Source of the DNA: Longimicrobiales bacterium
GTDB taxonomy: Bacteria > Gemmatimonadota > Gemmatimonadetes > Longimicrobiales > RSA9
NCBI GenBank assembly: GCA_036381255.1
Contig: DASVDG010000114.1
Coordinates: 12,326-76,325, forward strand
Length of the DNA: 64,000 nt
Reading direction: 5' to 3'
Shown here: positions 20,413-29,990 of the stretch, piece after piece
Layout of the letters: every line of letters starts with the position of its first letter
How positions within the stretch are numbered: the stretch's first letter is position 1
Notes under the pieces: generated by a model
Databases searched by the model: none
What the model was told of the DNA's origin: nothing
Seen by the model: the letters and a program-made list of their open reading frames with translations, nothing else
Program-made: the position numbers and the translations under genes

Positions 20413-21110
20413 ACCCCCTCCGCCGCCAGCACCCGCACCCCGGCCTCGCCGCCGACGACGACCACGTCCGCCAGGCCCAGGAACAGCCCGGTCTCGACGA
20501 CGCCGACCCGCTGCCGGATCTCCCGCTCGATCCGATCCGGTTCCAGGATCCCGTCCTCGAACGCGCAGTCCAGCAGGTAGTGGCCGCTGTCCGTGGTGAA
20601 CGGGTTCCCCTCCGGCCCGCGCCGCAGCTTCGGCTGCGCGCCGAGCAGGTCCAGGTACGCCAGGTGCGTCGTCCAGCCGAACGGCACGACCTCGACGGGC
20701 AGCGGCGCCCGCTCGCCCAGCCGCTCGACCAGCTTGCCCTCGTCCACGACGACGATCATCCGGTCCGACGCGGTGGCCACGATCTTCTCCCAGAGCAGCG
20801 CGCCGCCGAGCCCCTTGATCAGGTTCAGCTCGGGGCTGACCTCGTCCGCGCCGTCGATCGTCAGGTCGAGCCGTGGCTCCTCGTCGAGGCTCGTCAGCGG
20901 GATCCCCAGCTCCCGCGCGAGCCGGCTCGTCTCCCGCGACGTCGGCACGCCGACGATCCGCTGGAGCTCGCCCGCCCCGCGCCGCTCCGCCAGCACCTCG
21001 AGCACGTGCCGGGCGGTCGAGCCCGTACCGAGGCCCAGCACCATGCCGTCCTCGACGAATTCGACTGCCCGCTCCGCCGCCTGTCGCTTCTGCCGTTCGC
21101 GCTCGCTCAC
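20409..21110 (-). CDS. rpiA: ribose-5-phosphate isomerase A
   Basis: GLGTGST and DGADEV...LIKGLGGALLWEK motifs. Preferred start is GTG 21110 (GGAGG 7 nt upstream); the track start at 21146 is also GTG. Confidence 0.85.
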   Translation of the reverse strand: MSERERQKRQAAERAVEFVEDGMVLGLGTGSTARHVLEVLAERRGAGELQRIVGVPTSRETSRLARELGIPLTSLDEEPRLDLTIDGADEVSPELNLIKGLGGALLWEKIVATASDRMIVVVDEGKLVERLGERAPLPVEVVPFGWTTHLAYLDLLGAQPKLRRGPEGNPFTTDSGHYLLDCAFEDGILEPDRIEREIRQRVGVVETGLFLGLADVVVVGGEAGVRVLAAEGV

Positions 21111-21177
21111 TTCACCGCCTCCAGTGGGGGCGCGGCCGCCGGCCACGGTGTGCCGGCGGCCGCGTTCGCCCGCGCGC

Positions 21178-22107
21178 TCAGACCGGGAACCGGCGCAGCA
21201 GATCCCGGATCCGCTCCGTGATCGCCAGCGCCTCGTCCATCGGCCGCTGCCACAGGTTGCGGCCGAAGATCAGCCCGGTCGCGCCCTGGTCCATCGCCAG
21301 CCGCGCCTTGTCGAGCAGGTCCTCGTCGCTGATCTTGCTGCCGCCGCTGAAGAGGACCATCGAGTTGCCGGCCGACTCGACGACGCGCCGCACCCCCTCC
21401 TCGTAGCTCCATTCCAACTCGTTGTACGGCTTCGGCTGCTGCGCGTCCTTGTCGCTCTTCTTCGGCACGTTCAGCTTGATCACGTCGGCGCCGAGCTCGT
21501 GCGCCAGCCGCGACGCGTAGTCCACGGCGTAGAGCGAGTCGCGGCCGCCCTTCTTCTCGACCGCCGCACCGCGCGGGTACGCCCACACGACGATCGGCAT
21601 CCCGTACTTCTCGCACTGCTCGCGCACCTTCAGGAACTGGAGGAAATCGTCGTCCTGCCGCGGCGAGCCGACGTAGAGCGTGTAGCCGATCGCGTCCGCG
21701 CCGAGCGCGACCGCGTCCTCGACCGTCGACGTGAGCGGCGAGAACGCCTCGTCGCTGCTCGGGATGTTCGTCCGGCCGTTGATCTTCAGGATGAGCGGGA
21801 CACGCCCCGCGTACTTCTCCATGTACCGCGCGGCCAGCCCCCAGTGGCACGCAATGGCGTTGTAGCCGCCCTCGGCGGCGAGGCGCCACTGGAAGTCCGG
21901 ATCCTTCGCGGCCGGATTCTCGAAGAAGTCGACCGGACCATGCTCGATCCCCTGGTCGATCGGGAGGACCATCAGCGTCCCGTTCCCCACGCCGTGCTCG
22001 TACAGCAGCCGGTGCAGACGCACCCGCTTCCCGAGCGGCAGGTCCAGGTCCGCGAGCCTGGGCCGCACGCTCTTTCCCGCCTCCGTCGCCGTCGCGTTCG
22101 GGGTCAT
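21178..22107 (-). CDS. class I fructose-bisphosphate aldolase, DhnA/FbaB (DeoC/LacD) type
   Basis: Start MTPNATATE at 22107 (GGAGGGG upstream). VLPIDQGIEHGP, ILKINGRTN and VIKLNVPK (Schiff-base Lys region) resemble archaeal-type class I aldolases. Confidence 0.7.
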   Translation of the reverse strand: MTPNATATEAGKSVRPRLADLDLPLGKRVRLHRLLYEHGVGNGTLMVLPIDQGIEHGPVDFFENPAAKDPDFQWRLAAEGGYNAIACHWGLAARYMEKYAGRVPLILKINGRTNIPSSDEAFSPLTSTVEDAVALGADAIGYTLYVGSPRQDDDFLQFLKVREQCEKYGMPIVVWAYPRGAAVEKKGGRDSLYAVDYASRLAHELGADVIKLNVPKKSDKDAQQPKPYNELEWSYEEGVRRVVESAGNSMVLFSGGSKISDEDLLDKARLAMDQGATGLIFGRNLWQRPMDEALAITERIRDLLRRFPV

Positions 22108-22132
22108 GCATCCCCTCCGTGGTTGGAAGTGC

Positions 22133-23119
22133 TCATCGGGTTCCTTTCGCGGCATCGCCGCGCCGCTCGAGCGTCCGTCGCACGGCGGCACAGATGTCAT
22201 CGGCCGTCAGGCCGTATTTCTTCAGAAGCGCGGCCGGATCGCCACTCTCGGCGTAGCGGTCGTCCAGCCCGACGAACTCCATCGGCACCGGGTGACTGCG
22301 GCACACCGCCTGGGCGACCCGCGCGCCGAGCCCGCCGTGGATCAGGTGCTCCTCCGCCGTCACGATCGCGCCCGTCTCCAGCGCGGCTCGGCGCACCGCT
22401 TCCTCGTCCAGCGGCTTCACCGTGGCCATGTCGAGCACGCGGGTCTCGATCCCCTCCTTCCGCAGCCGCTCGTGCGCGACGATCGCGGCGCCGACCATCA
22501 GCCCGTTCGCAATGATCGTCGCGTCCCCGCCCCCGCGCACCTGCGTCGCGCGGCCGAACGCGAAATCCTGGGGCACGCCGTCGTAGATCCGCGGCGCCTT
22601 CGGCCGGCCCGTCCGGATGTAGACCGGGCCGTCGTGCCGGTACGCCGCCTCGACCGCCGCCCACGTCTGGTACTCGTCCGACGGGACGCAGACTACGAAG
22701 TCCGGCAGGCTGCACGCCAGCGCCACGTCCTCGACCGACTGCTGGCTCGCGCCGTCCTCGCCCGGCGAGATCCCGCCGTGGCTCCCCACCACCTTCACGT
22801 TCAGCCGCGGGTACGCCACCGCCATCCTCAGCTGGTCGAACCCCTTCAGGATCACGAAGCACGCGAAGCTCGAGATGAACGGGACCTTGCCGCAGCTCGC
22901 CAGGCCGCCGGCCATCCCGACCAGGTTCGCCTCCTGGATCCCCACGTTCAGGAAACGCTCCGGGTACTCCTCGCCGAAGTACGCGCTCTTCGTGCTCTTC
23001 GCCAGGTCCGCGTCGAGCACCACGATCTCCTCGTGGCGCGCGCCCAGCGCCCGCAGCGCCTCGCCGTACGCGTCGCGCGTCGCCTTGCCGAGCGTCAGCC
23101 CCTCGTAGAGCTCTTTCAT
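22133..23119 (-). CDS. transketolase, C-terminal (pyrimidine-binding) subunit
   Basis: Start MKELYEGLTLGKATRDAYG at 23119, with an ATGA overlap on the N-terminal subunit stop. FLNVGIQEANLVGMAGGLA and SHGGISPGEDGASQQS motifs. Confidence 0.85.
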   Translation of the reverse strand: MKELYEGLTLGKATRDAYGEALRALGARHEEIVVLDADLAKSTKSAYFGEEYPERFLNVGIQEANLVGMAGGLASCGKVPFISSFACFVILKGFDQLRMAVAYPRLNVKVVGSHGGISPGEDGASQQSVEDVALACSLPDFVVCVPSDEYQTWAAVEAAYRHDGPVYIRTGRPKAPRIYDGVPQDFAFGRATQVRGGGDATIIANGLMVGAAIVAHERLRKEGIETRVLDMATVKPLDEEAVRRAALETGAIVTAEEHLIHGGLGARVAQAVCRSHPVPMEFVGLDDRYAESGDPAALLKKYGLTADDICAAVRRTLERRGDAAKGTR

Positions 23120-24027
23120 CGCCCCGCCTCCTTCTCCTCGGCCGCCTCCCGCTCGATCGAGTGCTCGGCCCGGGGCAGCGCGTCCTCCAGCTCGCCCAGC
23201 GCCCGCGCCAGCTCCTCCTCGCTCGGCGCCACGCCGTGGTACGCGTTCTCCCCCTCCATGAAGCTCACGCCCTTCCCCTTCACCGTGTGCGCGATCACGC
23301 ACGCGGGCCCGCGCTGCGCCGTCGCCCACTCGAGCCCGTCCACCACCTGCCCCAGGTCGTGGCCGTCGATCTCCCGCACGTGCCACCCCATCGCGCGCCA
23401 CTTGTCCGCTAGCGGCTCCAGCTCCATGATCTCCGAGATCGCGCCGTCGAGCTGGTACTTGTTGTAGTCGATGATCGCCACCAGGTTGTCCGGCTTCTGG
23501 AACCCCGCGGCCATCGCCGCTTCCCAGACCTGCCCCTCCTGGCACTCGCCGTCCCCGAGCAGGACGTAGACCCGGAAATCCTTCCGATCCATCCGCGCGG
23601 CCAGCGCCATCCCGAGCCCGATCGACAGCCCCTGTCCCAGCGACCCCGTCGAGGCCTCGATCCCGGGCGTCGCGCCCAGGACCGGGTGCCCCTGGAGCCG
23701 GCTGTCGATCTTGCGCAGCGTCACCAGCTCCTCGACCGGGAAATACCCCGCCTCCGCGAGCGCCGCGTACTGGACCGGCACGCCGTGCCCCTTCGACAGG
23801 ATGAACCGGTCCCGCTCCGCCCATTCGGGCCGCGCCGGATCGTATCGCAGGAACCCACCGAAATACAGCGCGGTCACGATCTCGACCGCCGACAGCGAGC
23901 CGCCCGGATGCCCGCTCCTCGCCTCCGCAAGCATGGTCACGATGTGCCGGCGGATCCGCGTGGCCATGTCCCGCAGCTCGGGCAGGTCCATGCGCCGCTC
24001 TCCGCGGCTCGGCGCAGCTTCTCCCAT
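23116..24027 (-). CDS. transketolase, N-terminal (thiamine-diphosphate-binding) subunit
   Basis: 303 aa. GHPGGSLS, SKGHG and LLGDGECQEGQVWEA (TPP-binding GDG motif). Confidence 0.85.
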   Translation of the reverse strand: MGEAAPSRGERRMDLPELRDMATRIRRHIVTMLAEARSGHPGGSLSAVEIVTALYFGGFLRYDPARPEWAERDRFILSKGHGVPVQYAALAEAGYFPVEELVTLRKIDSRLQGHPVLGATPGIEASTGSLGQGLSIGLGMALAARMDRKDFRVYVLLGDGECQEGQVWEAAMAAGFQKPDNLVAIIDYNKYQLDGAISEIMELEPLADKWRAMGWHVREIDGHDLGQVVDGLEWATAQRGPACVIAHTVKGKGVSFMEGENAYHGVAPSEEELARALGELEDALPRAEHSIEREAAEEKEAGR

Positions 24028-24098
24028 ACGTCCTCTGGTTCGGGTCGCACCCCTGATTCACGCAGCCCGGAAAGGTAATGGCCGGACGCGTTTCGCGC

Positions 24099-24132
24099 AA
24101 AAAAAAGTGCCCGGCCCTGCCGGGCCGGGCAC
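24099..24132 (-). terminator. rho-independent terminator after the OM protein gene
   Basis: Minus strand: GTGCCCGGCCC-GGCA-GGGCCGGGCAC followed by TTTTTTTT. Confidence 0.85.
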
Positions 24133-24157
24133 CTGCCCCACCACGCAGGCCGGATCG

Positions 24158-25519
24158 TCAGCCGCGCACCTTGCGCACCTCCTCGACCCGCCGCACCGGC
24201 TGGAACACGCACCCCACCGGCTGGAGCGGCACGTAGAGGATCTCGATGTCCTGGAAGTCCTCGCGCAGGTCGGCCTCCTCTTCCAGGATGTCCTCGAGGT
24301 CGTCCTCGCCTGCGGCCTCGCGGCGTTCCTCGAGCTCCTCACGCACGTCCTGCACCTCGTCGGCGTCGGCGTAGACCGGCAGGCCGTTCACCGTGCCGAG
24401 GAACGCCAGATCATCGGGCTCGATCACGCGGCCGCCGCCGTAGGTCACGAATTCGGTCGTCGTCCCGTTCACGGTCAGCGTGAGCGGCTCGCCGGCCACG
24501 AACCAGTCGGCTTCCTCCACCACGACGACGCGCTCCTCGACCACCTGCCCGAGCGGCACCCGCCGTCCGTTCATCGTCACGAGCGTGTCCCCGGTGCTCG
24601 GCACGTAGATCGCCTGGACCTCGGCGATCCCGCCCGGCAGCGACGGGTCGATCACGCACACGGTGATCACCTCCTCGGCGGGCGGCGGCGGCGGCGCCGG
24701 CGGCGCGACGATGGCGACCTCTTCCGGCCTCTCGAGGCCGAACAGGAAGTGCAGGCCGAGCTGGCCGTACAGCTCGTGGATCACGTTGCCGACGTCGTCA
24801 TCCTCTTCATCGTCGATGATGATGATGTCGTCGTCGACGTCCACGTCGACGAAGCCGAGGCGGCGGACCGGCGTGTCCCAGATCCGGTCGCCGACCTCGG
24901 CACGCAGCGCGAATCGCCGCGCGAGACGGATGTCCGTCCCGAGCCCGACCAGCCCCATGAGCTTGGTGTCGTCTTCGAGCAGGAACGCCTCGTCGTCCAC
25001 GATGAACACGGTGCCTTCCTCGCCGTCGAAGTTGTTGAACGCCGGATCGATGAACTTGGCGCCCAACCCCAACGCGAGGTACGGGAGGAACTCCGTGCCC
25101 TCCCAGTCCTCGTTCGGCGAGCCGAACCGGAACAGGAGGTCGCCCGACGCGCTCCACAGGTTCACGTCCTCGATCTCGGCCACCAGGTCGCCATCGATGT
25201 CGCCATCGATGTCGCCGTCGATGCCGTCCTCGATGTCGAACGGGCGCTCCGTGTACGTGCCGTTCGCCCGGATCCCGAGCCCGCCGATCCCGAACAGCCT
25301 GCTGCCGAGCCAGTACGTCAGCTGCGCGCCGACCAGCCAGCCCGCATCGAACTGCGCCTCGCCATCCCCCGGCAGGTGGTCCTCGTCCAGCGAGTTGCTG
25401 TACCACGACCCCCCGCCGTTGACGCCGATGTCCCATCGGTAGTCCTGGGCGTGAGCCGGCAGGGCGGTGGCCAGAGCCACGGCGCCCGCCGCCAGTGCCG
25501 TAAATCCCGTACGTCTCAT
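24158..25519 (-). CDS. outer-membrane beta-barrel protein with poly-acidic loops, a Pro-rich linker and an unrecognised C-terminal domain
   Basis: Start MRRTGFTALAAGAVALATALPAHAQ (signal peptide) at 25519, with GGGAGAG upstream. Alternating aromatic/Gly beta-strand pattern ending ...LGLHFLFG, then APPAPPPPPA, then about 150 aa of unknown fold with an acidic tail. Confidence 0.65.
   Translation of the reverse strand: MRRTGFTALAAGAVALATALPAHAQDYRWDIGVNGGGSWYSNSLDEDHLPGDGEAQFDAGWLVGAQLTYWLGSRLFGIGGLGIRANGTYTERPFDIEDGIDGDIDGDIDGDLVAEIEDVNLWSASGDLLFRFGSPNEDWEGTEFLPYLALGLGAKFIDPAFNNFDGEEGTVFIVDDEAFLLEDDTKLMGLVGLGTDIRLARRFALRAEVGDRIWDTPVRRLGFVDVDVDDDIIIIDDEEDDDVGNVIHELYGQLGLHFLFGLERPEEVAIVAPPAPPPPPAEEVITVCVIDPSLPGGIAEVQAIYVPSTGDTLVTMNGRRVPLGQVVEERVVVVEEADWFVAGEPLTLTVNGTTTEFVTYGGGRVIEPDDLAFLGTVNGLPVYADADEVQDVREELEERREAAGEDDLEDILEEEADLREDFQDIEILYVPLQPVGCVFQPVRRVEEVRKVRG
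25187..25234. repeat. in-frame 12-nt tandem repeat (GTCGCCATCGAT x2, GTCGCCGTCGAT, GCCGTCCTCGAT) encoding DGIDGDIDGDIDGD
   Basis: Read directly. Lies inside the OM protein gene. Confidence 0.9.
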
Positions 25520-25838
25520 GTCCTGCTCTCCCTTGCTGCAGGTCCGCGTCTCTCGGGCGGGCCCGTGCGGTTCGTCGCGGCGCGGGACGACCGCGCCGTC
25601 GGCACGAACCCGCTGCCGACTCCGCCGTTGCACGTTTCGCACCAATTCACATGTTTCGCTCGGCCGGCGAAGCGGCGGTGTGTCCCGGATCTGCACGAAA
25701 CGAAACAGCCCGACGCCGTACCAGGCCGGGCGCGTCATGTGTGCAATTCCTATTCCGATGGGAGTGGGGGCGGCTGGCGCGACGCCCGGGGTCGAACCGC
25801 CGCGCCCGACGGGCGCGGCGGTCGGCGGGCCGGTGCGG

Positions 25839-26519
25839 TCAGCCGTCCATCATGCGCAGCGGGCGCGACGCCGCCGAATTCGCGGCGGCCGCGTCGCTCC
25901 CGACCGCCCGTGCGTGGCGGTCGGGGATGAGGCGCTCGTTGAGGCGGGTGAGCGTGAAGTAGTAGACGACCTCGCCGATCCCTTCGCGGACGTCGAGCGC
26001 CTCCAGATACAGCTCGACGGCTTCGGTGAACGGGAGCTCCTCGTCGAGGATCTCGACGAAGTGCAGGGCGTTGTCGACATGTGCGCCGAGCAGGGCGACC
26101 TCGGTGCGGGCCGCTTCGAGCTCGATCCAGCGGCGGAGCTTCTCGTTGATGCGGCCGCGCAGTCTCTGGCGCAGGTTGCCGAAGAGGCCGAACCGGGCGC
26201 GGCCCAGCTCGGCGGCGGCATCGGCTTCGGCCATGCGTTCGGGCCAGGTCTTCCGGTGCGTGCCGTCCTCGCCGAGTATGGCGAGGGCGCGGGTGGTGAT
26301 GATGCGGGTTTCGTCGTCCGAGAGCCGGAGCAGCCGCGTGTAGATGTCGAGCGCGTCGTCGAACGGGACCTGGTCGCCGACGAGCTCGATCAGCTCGAGG
26401 GCGTGTTCGACGTGTGTTCCCAGCAGGCGCTCCTGGGCGACGGCGATGGCCAGGTCGACGCGGCGGCGGACGGGTTGTGAGATGCCCTTCGAAGCGAACG
26501 GAGTCTTCACGGAAGCCAC
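25839..26519 (-). CDS. hypothetical helical protein with an internal duplication (paralog of 34536-35135)
   Basis: 226 aa. Repeat LLGTHVEHAL..VPFDDALDIY versus LLGAHVDNAL..LPFTEAVELY. About one-third identity by eye to the ORF at 34536-35135. G/C-ending codons. Confidence 0.6.
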   Translation of the reverse strand: MASVKTPFASKGISQPVRRRVDLAIAVAQERLLGTHVEHALELIELVGDQVPFDDALDIYTRLLRLSDDETRIITTRALAILGEDGTHRKTWPERMAEADAAAELGRARFGLFGNLRQRLRGRINEKLRRWIELEAARTEVALLGAHVDNALHFVEILDEELPFTEAVELYLEALDVREGIGEVVYYFTLTRLNERLIPDRHARAVGSDAAAANSAASRPLRMMDG

Positions 26520-26592
26520 TCCAGCGATAGCGAGCCAAGCGGGCGTGGGAACCCGGTCACGGACGGTGCAAAATCCATTCCCCGCAGGCCGT

Positions 26593-27024
26593 TCAGCGCC
26601 TGCGCCCGCGGCGGGCTCCGAAGCCGGGGAGCCGTCGCTGGCGGATGCGTTCTTCGCCGGTGACGTAGTCGGGTCCGTAGCCGAAGCGGTCGCCGAGGTG
26701 GTAGTCGTAGGTGTGCTCGGGGCCGTAGGGGACCGGTGCGCGCCCGTACCGGCCGAGCTCGCCGGGGCCGCTGTAGCCGCGCCCCGCGAGCGGGAACGGG
26801 CGCCGCCGGTCGGGACGGGGGAGCGGCGCCCGGGGCGCAGCGCCCCGGCGGTACGCCTCCCGGCCGGCGCGTTCGCGGCCGTAGCCCGCGCCGCCGTACG
26901 CCTCCCGGCCGTACTCCCGGCCGTACGCTTCGCGGCCGTAGCCCTGGGGTTCGGCTAGGGAGCGACGGACGATGCGGCGGTGCACCCGCCGCGGACGCGG
27001 TTCGTACCCGATGTCGTAACGCAT
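26593..27024 (-). CDS. hypothetical Arg/Gly/Tyr/Pro-rich low-complexity protein
   Basis: 143 aa. ATG 27024 with AGGAGAG upstream. GREAYGREYGREAYGGAGYGRE repeats. N-terminus MRYDIGYEPRPR resembles the start of the BON protein at 34473. Confidence 0.5.
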   Translation of the reverse strand: MRYDIGYEPRPRRVHRRIVRRSLAEPQGYGREAYGREYGREAYGGAGYGRERAGREAYRRGAAPRAPLPRPDRRRPFPLAGRGYSGPGELGRYGRAPVPYGPEHTYDYHLGDRFGYGPDYVTGEERIRQRRLPGFGARRGRRR

Positions 27025-27120
27025 GGCGGCTCTCCTGACCTCCGGTTTCGGCGGGGGTGTTCCGTCCGCCGGGAGGCGGCAAAGCGCGTGCCGGATCAGG
27101 AGAGGGTGGTGCGCGCCGGA

Positions 27121-28647
27121 TCAGGTGAGCGTGGCGCGGGCCTCCGTGATCTGACGGACGACGGCGGCTCGCCCCGTCCCGCCCGGCAGCGACCGGGCCT
27201 CGACGGAGCGCTCCGCGTCGAGCGATCGTCCCAGCCCGGAGGCGAGCGCCGGGTGCGCAGCGGCCCAGACGTCCGCGGGCAGGTCGAAGATCGAGCCGCC
27301 CTCGAGCTCCGCGGCGCGGATCAGCTTTCCGGCCACGCCGTGCGCCTCGCGGAACGGCACGCCGGCCCGGACGAGCTCGTCCGCCAGGTCGGTGGCGAGT
27401 AGCGTGGGGTCGTCCGCGGCGCAGGCCAGCGCCGATTCGTGGAAGCGCAGCCCGGCGACGGTGTCGCGCGTGGCCGGGAGTAGCAGCGCGAGCGCATCGA
27501 ACGCACCGAACAGCAGCGTCTTGTCCTCCTGGAGGTCCTTCTGGTACCCGGAAGGCAGCCCTTTGAGCAGCGCCAGTGCGGCGGCGACGTCGCCGGAGAG
27601 GCGGGCGGCCTTGCCGCGCGCGAGCTCGAGTCCGTCCGGGTTGCGCTTCTGCGGCATGAGGCTCGAGCCCGTGGTCATCGACTCCGGCAGCTCGAGGTAG
27701 CCGAACTCGTCCGTCGAGTAGAGGATCAGGTCCTCGGCGAGGCGCGAGAGGTGCGCGCCGATCATCGCCGCGACGAAGACGAGCTCGCAGACCCAGTCGC
27801 GGTCGCCGATCGCGTCGATCGAGTTCGGCGACATCGCCCGGAACCCCAGCAGCTCCTTCAGCAGCGTGCGGTCGACGGGGAACCCCGAGCCCGCGATCGC
27901 GCCGGAGCCGAGCGGCAGGACGCCCACGCGCTCGAGCGCACCGGCCAGCCGGCCGATGTCCCGCTCGATCGCCCAGAAGTGCGAGAGGAGCCAGTGCGCC
28001 ACGCGCACCGGCTGCCCGCGGCGGAGGTGCGTGTACGCGGGGATCAGGAGGTCGACGGTCGCTTCGGCCTGCTCGAGGAGCGCCCGCTGGAGCCCGCGCA
28101 GGTCGTCCTTCAGCCGCGCGCCCGCGCGCAGCGCCCAGAGCCGCGTGTCCGTCGCGACCTGGTCGTTGCGCGAGCGGCCCGTGTGCAGCTTCCCGGCGAC
28201 ATCGCCCACCTCCTCGTACAGCAGCCGCTCGACGAGCGTGTGGATGTCCTCGTCCGCCGCGCCCTCGGCCGCGCCCGACGCGATCCGCGCCGCGACCCGG
28301 ACCAGGCCCCGGTCCAGCGACTCCGCCTCGCCCGCATCGAGCACGCCGGCGCCCTGCAGCGCCTGGACCCACGCGCGGCTCGCCTCGATGTCCTCCCGCC
28401 ACAGGCGGCGATCCACGGGGAGGCTGCGGTTCAGCTCCTCGAGCGACGGCGCGGGTCCGCCGCCGAACCGGCCCCCCCACAGCCGGTGGCCGCCCGCGGA
28501 CCCGGCGGCCCGCCCCGACATCGACGCCTCGGCGCCCGGGTTGCCGGCGCCGCCCGCGTTTCGGCCGCCGCCCGCGACGTCGTTCCGGCTCGCGCCGGCC
28601 GTGCCGGTCGGGCCCGTCCGACGGCCCGTGCCGCTCGCCCGGCTCAT
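27121..28647 (-). CDS. argH: argininosuccinate lyase
   Basis: [18 protein letters not shown] and [12 protein letters not shown] motifs. Start 28647 is chosen for its ATGA overlap with the argG stop and G/C-ending codons. Alternative ATG at 28521 is 42 codons shorter. The 1170-aa track ORF is an over-extension. Confidence 0.88.
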   Translation of the reverse strand: MSRASGTGRRTGPTGTAGASRNDVAGGGRNAGGAGNPGAEASMSGRAAGSAGGHRLWGGRFGGGPAPSLEELNRSLPVDRRLWREDIEASRAWVQALQGAGVLDAGEAESLDRGLVRVAARIASGAAEGAADEDIHTLVERLLYEEVGDVAGKLHTGRSRNDQVATDTRLWALRAGARLKDDLRGLQRALLEQAEATVDLLIPAYTHLRRGQPVRVAHWLLSHFWAIERDIGRLAGALERVGVLPLGSGAIAGSGFPVDRTLLKELLGFRAMSPNSIDAIGDRDWVCELVFVAAMIGAHLSRLAEDLILYSTDEFGYLELPESMTTGSSLMPQKRNPDGLELARGKAARLSGDVAAALALLKGLPSGYQKDLQEDKTLLFGAFDALALLLPATRDTVAGLRFHESALACAADDPTLLATDLADELVRAGVPFREAHGVAGKLIRAAELEGGSIFDLPADVWAAAHPALASGLGRSLDAERSVEARSLPGGTGRAAVVRQITEARATLT

Positions 28648-29969
28648 GACCGCCCCCCGACCGCGGCGGTGAGCGCCGACGCCTCCTCGGCCGGCGCGCC
28701 CCCGGCGTGCGTCGAAGGAGCGCCGGCCCCGGCGCGGACCGCCGTGCCCGCGTCCGCCGGCGCGCGCGAGGCCCGCTCGCGCCGCTCGGCCTCGGCACGG
28801 ACCGGCAGTCCGAACAGGCGGATGAAGCCGGCGGCGTCGGCCTGGTCGTAGGCGCCCGCGTCGTCGCCGAACGAGGCCAGCACCTCGTCGTAGAGCGCCT
28901 GTTCGCTCCACCGCCCGACGACCGTCGCGCTCCCCTTGTAGAGCTTGAGCCGGACGGTGCCCGTGACGCGCTCCTGCGTCCGGTCCACCAGTGCGTCGAG
29001 CGCTTCGCGCTCCGTCGTCCACCAGCGCCCTTCGTAGACCAGGTCCGCGTATCGCCCGGCGAGCTGGTCCTTCAGCGCGAGCGTGCGCCGGTCGAGCACC
29101 AGCTGCTCGAGCTCCTGATGCGCGGTCAGCAGGAGCGTGCCGCCGGGCGTCTCGTACACGCCGCGGGATTTCATCCCGACCAGGCGGTCCTCCAGGATGT
29201 CGGCGCGGCCGACGCCGTGCTCGCCGCCGATCGCGTTCAGCCGCTCGAGCAGCGCGACCGGCTCGAGCGCCTCGCCGTCCACGCTCACCGGGTACCCCGC
29301 CTCGAAGCCGATCTCGACGTAGAGCGGCCGGTCCGGCGCGTCCTCCGGCGACGTCGTCATCAGGAACAGGTCGGCCGGCGGCTCGAACGCCGGGTCCTCC
29401 AGTGGGCCGCCCTCGTGCGAGATGTGCCAGAGGTTCCGGTCCCGCGAGTAGATCTTCTCCTTCGACGCGGTCACCTCGACCCCCCGCGCCGCCGCGTACG
29501 CCAGCGCGTCCTCGCGCGACCGGATCGACCACTCCCGCCACGGCGCGATCACGCGCAGCCCCGGCGCGAACGCCTGGTAGCTCAGCTCGAAGCGCACCTG
29601 GTCGTTCCCCTTGCCGGTGCACCCGTGTGCGACGGCGTGCGCGCCGATCGACAGCGCGAGCTCCGCCTGCCGGCGCGCGATCAGCGGCCGGGCCATCGCC
29701 GTGCCGAGCAGGTACTTCCGGGCATAGACCGCGCCGGCACGGAGCGTCGGGAAGATCGCCTCCCGGACGAACGCCTCGCGCAGGTCCTCGACCACGCACG
29801 TGAGCGCGCCCTGGCGCCGCGCCCGCGCCTCGAGGCCGTCCAGCTCGCCCCCCTGCCCCACGTCGGCGGCCATGCACACCACCTCGGCCCCGTAGTTCTC
29901 CCGCAGCCACGGGACGATGATCGACGTGTCCAGCCCGCCCGAATACGCCAGCACGACGGTGAACGACAT
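28644..29969 (-). CDS. argG: argininosuccinate synthase
   Basis: Start [16 protein letters not shown] at 29969 (GGAGG 7 nt upstream). Full-length ArgG pattern plus a roughly 40-aa Ala-rich C-terminal tail. Confidence 0.9.
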   Translation of the reverse strand: MSFTVVLAYSGGLDTSIIVPWLRENYGAEVVCMAADVGQGGELDGLEARARRQGALTCVVEDLREAFVREAIFPTLRAGAVYARKYLLGTAMARPLIARRQAELALSIGAHAVAHGCTGKGNDQVRFELSYQAFAPGLRVIAPWREWSIRSREDALAYAAARGVEVTASKEKIYSRDRNLWHISHEGGPLEDPAFEPPADLFLMTTSPEDAPDRPLYVEIGFEAGYPVSVDGEALEPVALLERLNAIGGEHGVGRADILEDRLVGMKSRGVYETPGGTLLLTAHQELEQLVLDRRTLALKDQLAGRYADLVYEGRWWTTEREALDALVDRTQERVTGTVRLKLYKGSATVVGRWSEQALYDEVLASFGDDAGAYDQADAAGFIRLFGLPVRAEAERRERASRAPADAGTAVRAGAGAPSTHAGGAPAEEASALTAAVGGRS

Positions 29970-29990
29970 GCCTGCCTCCATGGTCTCGAT

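Noticed and set aside
28521-28647. Shorter argH start at ATG 28521
   Set aside because: It is not excluded. The longer start was preferred because of the ATGA overlap with the argG stop and the G/C-ending codons across the 42 extra codons. The extra segment is low complexity, so the call is uncertain.
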